From Candidatus Forterrea multitransposorum CG_2015-17_Forterrea_25_41 (GTDB lineage Archaea > Iainarchaeota > Iainarchaeia > Iainarchaeales > CSSED10-239): a stretch of DNA of 64,000 bases. Under the pieces are notes generated by a model. That model worked only from the letters and a program-made list of their open reading frames with translations, was not told the DNA's origin and searched no databases. The stretch is from positions 128,001 through 192,000 of the forward strand of contig CP045477.1 of the NCBI GenBank assembly GCA_009392915.1, read 5' to 3'. Shown in pieces: positions 56,506-64,000 of this stretch (position 1 is the stretch's first letter; the number at the start of each line of letters is the position of its first letter). The translations under genes were made by a program, and so were the position numbers.

Positions 56506-57702
56506 TTGAAAAATATGTATTTTAATCTTCATTCTGGAAAAAAGATTTTTATTCAAGATAAATCTTTTCAATTTATTTTTGTAGTTTTTTTAATTAGTTT
56601 AGGAATTGGTATATTTGATGCTATTTTTTCAATTTATTTAGAAAATATTTTAAAAGATCCTTCTCTTGTTGGTTTTGTAAGTGCAATCATTACAATGATT
56701 ATGTTTTTTACATATCTTTTTTTAACACAAATGTATTCTAAATATCCAGTAACTCATGTTTGGCTTGTAAGTACTTTGCTTATGGGTTTTTGTTTATTTT
56801 TACTTTATTTTTTTTCACAAATAGTTATCTTTGCAATACTTATTGGTTTAGTTGTAATTTCTATGACTCTTCATTTTAATACTACAGCAATTATTTTAAG
56901 GCATTCCAGTACTCTAGAAAATATTGGTAAAATTCAAGGTTATTATTATACTTTTAGAAATATTGGTTGGGTTATAGGTCCATTAATCTCAAGTTTTATT
57001 TTATATAAGTTTGGACTTTTAAATAATTTTCTTGCAATTGGTTTATTTATATTTTCTGGTTGGCTTTTATTCTTATATTATCAAATTAAGGCTTATGAAG
57101 AAAATAAACCTCAAACAATTAGTTTAAAGTCAATAAGACAAAATATTGTTGATTATTTTAGAAATAAAGAATTATTTAAATTATATTTTCTAAGAGGTGC
57201 ACTTTCTCTATATTGGTCTGTATTTTATATATTTACTCCATTATATATTTTGTATAATGGACTTTCAATAAGTTTTATTGGAATTTTTTTAGGAGTTGCA
57301 ACAATTCCTGTTGTTGTTATTGAATATTTTATTGCAAAGAAAATTGATGTTATTTTAAAAAAAGAATTATTTATTACAGGAAGCTTTTTAATTTCTTTAT
57401 TTTTAATTTTAGCTTTTGTTTTTAGTGGATATATTTATTTAAGTTTAATTTTTATATTACTTTCAATAATTGGTGCTGGTTTTTTAGAACCAACTTGTGA
57501 AACTTATTTCTTTAATAATGTAAATCAGTTTATTGCAGATAGATATTATGGTGTTTATAGAACTTCAGATTCTTTATTTAGTTTAACTTCTAGACTTTTC
57601 TTTGGTTTTATTTTATTATTTTTAAAGATTAAGTTTATATATTTATTTACAGGTATATTCTTTATACTTATATATTTTATTTCAAAAAACATAAAAAATT
57701 AG
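56506..57702 (+). CDS. MFS-type transporter
   Basis: About 12 TM helices in two six-helix halves. Confidence 0.5.
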   Translation: MKNMYFNLHSGKKIFIQDKSFQFIFVVFLISLGIGIFDAIFSIYLENILKDPSLVGFVSAIITMIMFFTYLFLTQMYSKYPVTHVWLVSTLLMGFCLFLLYFFSQIVIFAILIGLVVISMTLHFNTTAIILRHSSTLENIGKIQGYYYTFRNIGWVIGPLISSFILYKFGLLNNFLAIGLFIFSGWLLFLYYQIKAYEENKPQTISLKSIRQNIVDYFRNKELFKLYFLRGALSLYWSVFYIFTPLYILYNGLSISFIGIFLGVATIPVVVIEYFIAKKIDVILKKELFITGSFLISLFLILAFVFSGYIYLSLIFILLSIIGAGFLEPTCETYFFNNVNQFIADRYYGVYRTSDSLFSLTSRLFFGFILLFLKIKFIYLFTGIFFILIYFISKNIKN

Positions 57703-57711
57703 GTTTTATTT

Positions 57712-58821
57712 ATGAGTTTTACAATTACAAAAAAAGATAAAAAAACAAATGCAAGAATTGGTATTTTTAAAACTAATCATGGAACCATAAAGACTCCTTT
57801 TTTTATGCCAGTTGTAACTAAAGGAATTGCAAAGTTTATAACTTTAGATATTTTAGATGATATTAAAACACAATGTTTTATTTCAAATTGTTATTTATTA
57901 TACTTAAAACCAGGAAAAGAACTTTTAGAAAAAACAAAAGGTTATCATAATTTTATAAATTGGAAAAAACCTATTTTTACAGATTCTGGTGGGTTTCAAC
58001 TTAAAAATCCAAGTTTTTTTATATCAATGAATGATAAAGGAGTTTGGTTTAAATCTCCTTTTGATGGATCTAAACATTTTATGTCTCCTGAAAAAGTAAT
58101 TGAGATGCAGAATGTTATTGGTTCTGATATTGCAATGATATTAGATGATATGCAAGATGCTAATCTTTCAAGAGAAGCTTATGAAATTGCAACTGATAGA
58201 ACTATAGCTTGGGCAAAAAGAGCTATCCTTGCACATAAAAATAAGAAGCAAATGCTTTTTGGAATAGTTCAAGGTGGTGTATATAAGGATTTAAGAGAAA
58301 AATGTGCAAAAGAAATAAATAAACTTCCATTTGATGGTCTTGCAATTGGTGGACTTGCTTTAGGTGAGCCTAAAGAATCCATGCATAAAGCAATTGATTA
58401 TTCTTTAAAACATTTAGATGAAGAGAAAATAAAATATTTAATGGGTTTAGGATCTCCAGAAGACATTATTGTTTCAATTGGTAAAGGAGTTGATTGTTTT
58501 GATTCTATATATCCTACAAAAATGGCAAGACATGGTTTTATTTTTACAAGAAAAGGTCCTATTTTTTTAAAGAAAGCAAAATATAAAGATGTTTTTGAGC
58601 CTATTGAAAAAGATTGTGATTGCCCTACTTGTAAAAGGCATACACTTGCATACCTTCATCATCTTTTAAGACTTGATGAGCCAGGTGTTAAGATTCTTTT
58701 ATCTATTCATAATATTAGATTTTTACATAGGCTTTTAGAAGATTCTAGAAAAGAAATAGAAAAAGGAACTTTTGAGAGTTTTCAAAAGAAATTTTTAAAA
58801 GAATTTAAAAAAAGAGATTAA
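57712..58821 (+). CDS. tgt: tRNA-guanine transglycosylase family protein (catalytic domain only)
   Basis: FTDSGGFQL, LGLGSPED, and zinc site CDCPTC..H; 369 aa with no PUA-type C-terminal domain. Confidence 0.7.
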   Translation: MSFTITKKDKKTNARIGIFKTNHGTIKTPFFMPVVTKGIAKFITLDILDDIKTQCFISNCYLLYLKPGKELLEKTKGYHNFINWKKPIFTDSGGFQLKNPSFFISMNDKGVWFKSPFDGSKHFMSPEKVIEMQNVIGSDIAMILDDMQDANLSREAYEIATDRTIAWAKRAILAHKNKKQMLFGIVQGGVYKDLREKCAKEINKLPFDGLAIGGLALGEPKESMHKAIDYSLKHLDEEKIKYLMGLGSPEDIIVSIGKGVDCFDSIYPTKMARHGFIFTRKGPIFLKKAKYKDVFEPIEKDCDCPTCKRHTLAYLHHLLRLDEPGVKILLSIHNIRFLHRLLEDSRKEIEKGTFESFQKKFLKEFKKRD

Positions 58822-58846
58822 AGAATAGTTTTTAAAAAAATAAAAA

Positions 58847-59299
58847 CTATCTTAAAAATAATTTAGCAATCTTATATTTAATAGATCTAAAAAAACCTTT
58901 AGTCTTAATCTCAAGTTCTTTTGTTTTAAAAGCTTGATTAATTTCTGTCATTGGATCTTCTGCTTCTAAGATTCTATTTATTACTTCTTCTTTTCCTGTA
59001 ATCCAAACATTTACGTTTTCAATATTTTCTTTTGTAACTTTATATTCTTTATTTTCAAGTCTTTCAATAAAAATTTCTAAAGGTTCTTCAGTTGTTTGAA
59101 TCTCAATTTTCATTTTATCATTTTTAATTGCATTTTGTGCAATTTTTGGTAATTGTTCAATGTTGTTTACAAAGTCTATTTTTACTTCGTCTATATTTTC
59201 ATAATAATATCTAATATCTTTTGATTCTGCAAAAACCATTGTGCTATTAAATATTAATAATGCTAAAGTTATTCCAAATAATATATTTTTATAGTTCAT
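58847..59299 (-). CDS. Small secreted protein (hypothetical)
   Basis: Signal peptide MNYKNILFGITLALLIFNSTMVFA. Confidence 0.3.
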   Translation of the reverse strand: MNYKNILFGITLALLIFNSTMVFAESKDIRYYYENIDEVKIDFVNNIEQLPKIAQNAIKNDKMKIEIQTTEEPLEIFIERLENKEYKVTKENIENVNVWITGKEEVINRILEAEDPMTEINQAFKTKELEIKTKGFFRSIKYKIAKLFLR

Positions 59300-59325
59300 A
59301 AAGTATTTAAAGCTTCAAAATATTT

Positions 59326-59994
59326 TTAAATAAGATTGTTTTCTTTAAATGAGAAATATTTTTGATTTGTAATTATTAAATGATCTAAAAAAGTTATCTC
59401 TAAAAGCTTGCAAGCTTCTTTTATTTTTGTCGTAGCTATTTTATCTTCTCTTGAAGGATAACATTCTCCTGAAGGGTGATTGTGTGCTATGATTATTGCT
59501 TGAGCATTTTCTTTTAAAGCTTCTTTTAATATTTCTTTTTCAGAAACTAAGGTTTGGTTATCTGTTCCAATAGTTATTATTTTTTTTGAAATAACTTCGT
59601 TTCCTTTTAGAAATAGTGTGATTAAATGTTCTTGTTCTTTATTTTCAATATCATGTCTTAATATTTCATATGCTGTTTTTGGAGAATAAATTTTTTCTGA
59701 AGTTTTTATATTTTTTATAGATATCCTTTTGTAAAGTTCTATGATTGCTTTTATTTGAGAGGCTTTTACAATACCAATACCTTTTATCTTAAGAAGTTGA
59801 TTAATTGATATATTTTCAAGATCTTGAAAGGTATATCTTGAAAGAATCTGGTTTGATATATCTAGAACATTATATTCTTTTGTTCCTGTCTTTAGAATGA
59901 TTGCTAGAAGTTCGCTATTTGATAGACTTTTTTCTCCATCTCTTGAAAGTCTTTCAAGAGGTCTGTTTTCTGGTGCTATATCTTTTAGTCTCAT
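59326..59994 (-). CDS. radC: RadC-like JAB/MPN-domain protein
   Basis: HhH-like N-terminus and the JAMM motif IIIAHNHPSGECYPSREDKIATTKI. Confidence 0.7.
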   Translation of the reverse strand: MRLKDIAPENRPLERLSRDGEKSLSNSELLAIILKTGTKEYNVLDISNQILSRYTFQDLENISINQLLKIKGIGIVKASQIKAIIELYKRISIKNIKTSEKIYSPKTAYEILRHDIENKEQEHLITLFLKGNEVISKKIITIGTDNQTLVSEKEILKEALKENAQAIIIAHNHPSGECYPSREDKIATTKIKEACKLLEITFLDHLIITNQKYFSFKENNLI

Positions 59995-60140
59995 TTTATT
60001 TAAAAAAGAAAATAAATATTTCTCTCCACTAATAAATATACTTAATCCTTTATTTAAGGGAGGGGAAAAAAAGGTCTTTCCATAAAAGAAAGTACCTTTC
60101 TAATAGATGCATATTTCTAAATAATATATATCCTTTAACA

Positions 60141-60190
60141 AATATATCTCTTTTCAAGCAGGGGGTAGCTGGCCGAGTAAATTAATTTAG
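60141..60190. repeat. GC-rich island repeat, copy R1
   Basis: AATATATCTCTTTTCAAGCAGGGGGTAGCTGGCCGAGTAAATTAATTTAG; also present at 60856-60905 and, slightly diverged, at 61942-61986. Confidence 0.9.
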
Positions 60191-60513
60191 TATTTAAATC
60201 TCTTTTCATAACTTTTATGATTAAACCATTCTATAATAATAGATATAATTTTAATTTGATCACTTTTAATTGTGTATACTAATCTCCATCCATTAAATAG
60301 ATTATATTTCCAAAGGTTTGTAATTTTATATTTTTTAATATATTCTTTTGGCCATAATTTTTTTGAAATTTTAATTCCAGAAGTAGGATCTTTTTTAAGA
60401 GTTTCAATTGCTTTTAGAATATTTTTATACAAATCATGATTTTCTTTAAGGTTTTCAAAATTAATTTCTAATTCTCTTGAAACAAATACAACATAATTTT
60501 CTTTATCAATCAT
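60187..60513 (-). CDS. RelE/ParE-superfamily toxin-like protein
   Basis: ..NILKAIETLKKDPTSG...LWKYNLFNGWRLVYTIKSDQIKIISIIIEWFNHKSY fits the RelE/ParE fold; 4-nt overlap with the upstream small gene. Confidence 0.5.
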   Translation of the reverse strand: MIDKENYVVFVSRELEINFENLKENHDLYKNILKAIETLKKDPTSGIKISKKLWPKEYIKKYKITNLWKYNLFNGWRLVYTIKSDQIKIISIIIEWFNHKSYEKRFKY

Positions 60514-60779
60514 CTTAATTTAACACCTAAAGATAATATTTTTGAAATATTTTTTTTATCATATATCCAAATTACAATATTATCTTTATCAATAATAATC
60601 TTACTAGATTCTTCTAGATATTCAAGAATTATTTTGTATGTCTGATACATCATTTTTTTAGGTATTTTTTTCCATAATTGATAGATAGTATACTGAGAAC
60701 TATATTTTTTAATAGTATTTTCAACCATTAAGATACTCTCAAGCTTTGGACTATGATATTTTATTTTTTCTTTAGGCAT
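60510..60779 (-). CDS. Putative antitoxin/partner of the RelE-like gene (89 aa)
   Basis: Translationally coupled upstream ORF. I place the start at the internal ATG (MPKEKIKY...) because the track start is a TTG lying inside repeat R2. Confidence 0.35.
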   Translation of the reverse strand: MPKEKIKYHSPKLESILMVENTIKKYSSQYTIYQLWKKIPKKMMYQTYKIILEYLEESSKIIIDKDNIVIWIYDKKNISKILSLGVKLR

Positions 60780-60855
60780 ATTATATAACTTTATATAAGT
60801 TAAATTTTTAAATATTTTTATTTGCCTAAAGTATATATTAATATGTGTTTTAAAA

Positions 60856-60905
60856 AATATATCTCTTTTCAAGCAGGGGGTAGCTGGCCGAGTAAATTAA
60901 TTTAG
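60856..60905. repeat. GC-rich island repeat, copy R2
   Basis: Identical to R1 over about 50 nt. Confidence 0.9.
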
Positions 60906-61904
60906 AACTTTTTTTAATTCTTTTTCATTTGGTAAAAATGTACTTAATTTTTTAGGAATTTTAGATAATTTGTATTCTGCTATTCCTAATGGATATTTAT
61001 TATTTAATAAAGAATATTCTACTATTGTCTTATTCTTAGATTTACATATTAATAATCCAATAGTTTCTTTATCTTCTTTTCTTTTCATATCTTTATTTAT
61101 TACATTAATATAAAACCCTATTTGGCCAAGATATTCTGGTTTGAATTCAGTAATTTTTAATTCAATTACTATAAATCTTTTTAAAATATAATTATAAAAT
61201 AATAAATCTATATAAAAATCTTTATTTCCAACATTAATTTTAAATTGTTTTCCAATAAATGCAAATCCTTTTCCTAATTCTATTAAAAATTTAGATATAT
61301 TTGAAACAATAGATTCTTCTAATTCTTTTTCATTAAATTCTTCTTTTAAATGTAAAAAATCTAATATATAATTTTCTTTAAAATAATTTAAAATAAATTT
61401 TGAATCTTTTTTTGGAAGTGTGTTTAAAAAATTAATGTTTATGTTTTTTTTTCTTGCATATAAATTTAATTCTATTTGATGTTCTAATAATACTTTAGAC
61501 CATAAATTATTAATTGATTCTTGAATATAGAAAAGTGCTTCTTCTTTATTTTTAATTTTATCTAGAATTAATCTTATTTGATTCCAAGGTAATTGTGCCA
61601 CAACTTGTGGCACATTTTCTGTTTTAAAAAATAAATAGAATTTTCTCATATAAAATAAATTTCTTCTCGAAAAACCTTTTACATTAGGGAATTCTTTTCT
61701 TAAATCTTTTTCTATTTGCCCAATTAAATTTATTCCCCAATTACTTTCTTTTTGTTTAAAATAAATTTCTTTTCCAAGAGTGTAATAAAGATTAATTAAT
61801 TCTGAATTTACTTTTAATATTGCATTTTGTCTTGATTTAATAATGTTTTCTTTAATTTTAGAAATAAATTCTATATATTCTTTATTAAATATATTTTTTT
61901 CCAT
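60897..61904 (-). CDS. DUF1016/YhcG-family PD-(D/E)XK nuclease
   Basis: ..VAQLPWNQIRLIL ... GKGFAFIGKQ ... FYIDLLFYNYILKRFIVIELKITEF.PEYLGQIGFYIN has the YhcG-family layout (D...ELK core). Confidence 0.55.
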   Translation of the reverse strand: MEKNIFNKEYIEFISKIKENIIKSRQNAILKVNSELINLYYTLGKEIYFKQKESNWGINLIGQIEKDLRKEFPNVKGFSRRNLFYMRKFYLFFKTENVPQVVAQLPWNQIRLILDKIKNKEEALFYIQESINNLWSKVLLEHQIELNLYARKKNININFLNTLPKKDSKFILNYFKENYILDFLHLKEEFNEKELEESIVSNISKFLIELGKGFAFIGKQFKINVGNKDFYIDLLFYNYILKRFIVIELKITEFKPEYLGQIGFYINVINKDMKRKEDKETIGLLICKSKNKTIVEYSLLNNKYPLGIAEYKLSKIPKKLSTFLPNEKELKKVLN

Positions 61905-61941
61905 ATCTTATCTATTCTAGATATATTTTATATTTTTACAA

Positions 61942-61986
61942 AAATATATCTCTTTTCAAGCAGGGGGTAGCTAGCTGAGTAAAAAA
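61942..61986. repeat. GC-rich island repeat, copy R3 (3' part diverged)
   Basis: AAATATATCTCTTTTCAAGCAGGGGGTAGCTAGCTGAGTAAAAAAG, in the divergent intergenic region between 60897-61904 (-) and 62084-63298 (+). Confidence 0.85.
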
Positions 61987-62083
61987 GATTAAATTTTAAT
62001 TTCTATAGCCAATAACCTACATTAACATTATAAACTCTTTCTCTCTTAAATATATTATTAAATATAAAAAATAAGATTATATT

Positions 62084-63298
62084 ATGAGATATTCACATTC
62101 TTCCATGGAGACTTTTAGAAATTGTCCTCTTCAATTTAAATATAAGTATATTGAAAAAGTAGATATACCTATTAAAAATAATATAGAAGCATTCATGGGT
62201 TCAATGGTCCATAATACTTTAGAAAAATTATATACAGATCTAAAATATAATAAATTATTATCTTTAGATGAAGTATTAGATTATTACAATAAATCTTGGA
62301 CAGATAATTTTTCATTTGATAAAGTAGAAATTATAAGAGAAGGTTATACTGAAGAAAACTACAAGTCTTTAGGTCAAGATTACCTAAAAAATTATTATAA
62401 TACTTATAAACCTTTCAATCAAGGAAAAACTATTGGCCTTGAAATGCAAGTAAATATTTCTTTATATGATAAAGAAAGACAAAAAACTTATGATCTTATA
62501 GGTTATATTGATAGACTTTCTTTAGTTTCAGATAATCATATAGAAATTATAGATTATAAAACAAATAATTCTGCAAAAACTCAACAAGAGGTAGATGTTG
62601 ATAAACAACTTGCTCTTTATTCTATAGCAATTAAAGAAAAATTTCCTTTTGTTGAAAAAATAGATCTTTGTTGGTTTTTTTTGTCAGCTGGTATAAAACA
62701 AGTTTCAACAAGAACTGTAGATGATTTAGAAAAATTAAAACAAGAAACAATAGAAATTATAAGGGAGATCGAAGATTCTAAGCAAAAAAATAATTTTCCA
62801 GGTAAACCTTCTGCTCTTTGTGATTGGTGTGCTTTTAGGTCAATTTGTCCTTTTAAAGCACACGATGTTATTACTAAAAATCTTTCAGAAAATGAATATT
62901 TAAAAGAAGAGGGTGTTTTCTTAGTTGATAAGTATCAAGAATTTACTGAAAAAAAGAAAGCTTTACTTGATGAAATTGATCCAGAGATTGAAAAGGTAAA
63001 AGAAGCAATAATTAATTATTCTAAAAAGAATAATTTAGAAAAGCTTTTTGGAAAAGAAAAATCTTTAATTGTAAAAGAATATTCTTCTTTTAAAATACCT
63101 GAAAAAAAATCAAAAGAAAGAGAAGAACTTGAAGCTCTTTTAAAGGAAAATAATTTTTGGCCTTTTGTTTCTGATCTTTCATATATAGAAATTTCAAATC
63201 TTATAAAAAATGGTTTTTTTGAAAGTTCTTTTAAAGAAAAACTTTTAAAATATTTAAAAGAAGAAAAAATAAATAGACTTTATTTAAATAAAAAATAA
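62084..63298 (+). CDS. PD-(D/E)XK nuclease-family protein (PDDEXK_1 / Cas4-RecB-like) with a C-terminal Cys cluster
   Basis: N-terminal YSHSSMETFRNCPLQFKYKYI; IDYKT (D-x-K) core; C-x2-C-x5-C (CDWCAFRSICP). Confidence 0.55.
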   Translation: MRYSHSSMETFRNCPLQFKYKYIEKVDIPIKNNIEAFMGSMVHNTLEKLYTDLKYNKLLSLDEVLDYYNKSWTDNFSFDKVEIIREGYTEENYKSLGQDYLKNYYNTYKPFNQGKTIGLEMQVNISLYDKERQKTYDLIGYIDRLSLVSDNHIEIIDYKTNNSAKTQQEVDVDKQLALYSIAIKEKFPFVEKIDLCWFFLSAGIKQVSTRTVDDLEKLKQETIEIIREIEDSKQKNNFPGKPSALCDWCAFRSICPFKAHDVITKNLSENEYLKEEGVFLVDKYQEFTEKKKALLDEIDPEIEKVKEAIINYSKKNNLEKLFGKEKSLIVKEYSSFKIPEKKSKEREELEALLKENNFWPFVSDLSYIEISNLIKNGFFESSFKEKLLKYLKEEKINRLYLNKK

Positions 63299-63300
63299 TT

Positions 63301-63564
63301 TTATTTATTTCTCATAAAAAACTCTAAAACTTCTTGTTTAGTTTTACCTGTTTTTTCTGCAACTTCTTTAATAATAATTTCTACAAATTTAGAAGATACT
63401 ACTTTATTTCCTTTTTTTAAAATTATTTCTCTACCATGACTATCTCTAAAAACAATATGTCTATGGTTTCCTTTTTCCTTTTCAAAACCAAGTTTATTGT
63501 ATATTCTTTCAAGTTGTTCTGGTCTTAATGTTGAAGGTTTTTTTCCATTAAAAGGTTTTGCCAT
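63301..63564 (-). CDS. HicA-like toxin (YcfA family), tentative
   Basis: ..LERIYNKLGFEKEKGNHRHIVFRDSHGREIILKKG..VSSKFVEIIIKEVAEKTG follows the HicA pattern (GSH...h.....p.h...k.i..g.l..il). Confidence 0.4.
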   Translation of the reverse strand: MAKPFNGKKPSTLRPEQLERIYNKLGFEKEKGNHRHIVFRDSHGREIILKKGNKVVSSKFVEIIIKEVAEKTGKTKQEVLEFFMRNK

Positions 63565-63578
63565 TTTTAATCTTTCCT

Positions 63579-64000
63579 TTATTTAAAATCCATATTTATT
63601 TTAATTTCTTCTAAAACAGCAGTAATAAATTCATTTAAGGGTATATTTAGTTTAGTTTCACATAATCTTATTTCTTCTCTTGAAACAGCTGCTGCAAATG
63701 TTTTGTCTTTAAATTTTTTAATAATAGATTTTGTTTCTGCATTTTTAATTTCTTTATCTGGTCTCATTAAAACATATGCTCTAATAATTCCAGTTAAGCC
63801 ATCTACAGAAAAGAGAGCATTTTCTACAGTTTCTTTTCTTTCTATTTTCAAAGCATCGTTATGTGATTTAATAATATCTATTATCTCTTGAGAGATTCCT
63901 TCTTCTTGTAATATTTTTTCTCCAACTAAACAATGCACATTAATATCTCCATTATATTTTTCAATATCAATGTCATGGAGTGCACCAATCAAAAACCATT
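63579..64000 (-). CDS. HD-domain phosphohydrolase, C-terminal part; partial, continues beyond the window end
   Basis: ..WFLIGALHDIDIEKY...H..GEKILQEEG.SQEIIDIIKSHND is the HD/HDIG signature. The track 'M' is a TTG and the frame stays open to nt 64000. Confidence 0.5.
   Translation of the reverse strand, partial: WFLIGALHDIDIEKYNGDINVHCLVGEKILQEEGISQEIIDIIKSHNDALKIERKETVENALFSVDGLTGIIRAYVLMRPDKEIKNAETKSIIKKFKDKTFAAAVSREEIRLCETKLNIPLNEFITAVLEEIKINMDFK

Noticed and set aside
60141-61986. Integron attC sites or a CRISPR array as the explanation for the three GC-rich repeats
   Set aside because: There is no dyad symmetry or R''/L''-L'/R' core pairs (no GTTRRRY / RYYYAAC) and no integrase in view. 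For CRISPR, the spacing is 715 and 1087 bp with whole genes between copies, there are only three copies, and there are no cas genes apart from a generic Cas4-like PD-(D/E)XK fold.

Overview
This window is a very AT-rich archaeal chromosome segment with short AT-rich intergenic regions and GGAGG-like ribosome-binding sites upstream of many starts. The gene content and tRNA set are most consistent with a small-genome DPANN-type archaeon. I cannot run a search to confirm that placement.

Most of the window is housekeeping. It encodes the gatD-gatE amidotransferase pair next to a tRNA-Gln, a thermosome subunit, IleRS, an Asp/Asn-tRNA synthetase, CysRS, Kae1, inorganic pyrophosphatase, Pth2, Hjc, archaeal DnaG, and endonuclease III. 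It also carries the TldD/PmbA pair, RNase P protein Rpp21, the conserved S19e / L39e-L31e-aIF6-prefoldin-FtsY / SRP54 block, a Tgt-family enzyme, and five tRNAs (Gln-UUG, Ile-GAU, Ile-UAU, Val-UAC, Gly-GCC).

Four regions look accessory or unusual:
- 1-4077: a cell-surface glycan cluster (sulfatase-like fragment, GT2 glycosyltransferase, phospholipase-C-like protein, LMW phosphatase).
- 28142-34480: two giant secreted proteins of 800 and 1289 aa, the first ending in a lytic-transglycosylase (SLT)-like domain.
- 44482-49333: three class-III-signal-peptide (archaeal type-IV-pilin-like) surface proteins built as modular cassettes. They share an N-terminal module and a C-terminal module, differ in the middle, and two of them follow an identical ~110-bp promoter/leader repeat. 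A prepilin peptidase lies downstream at 55620.
- 59326-64000: an island of nucleases and toxin-like genes (RadC/JAB, RelE-like toxin with a partner, DUF1016/YhcG nuclease, PDDEXK_1 nuclease, HicA-like, HD-domain fragment). It is punctuated by three copies of a GC-rich ~45-50-bp repeat that occurs nowhere else in the window.

Other points of note are a tRNA-Ile with a genomically encoded UAU anticodon, a structured GC-rich trailer after tRNA-Gly, a DUF3368(PIN)/UPF0175 pair between aspS and cysS, and a paralogous pair of membrane-anchored coiled-coil proteins.
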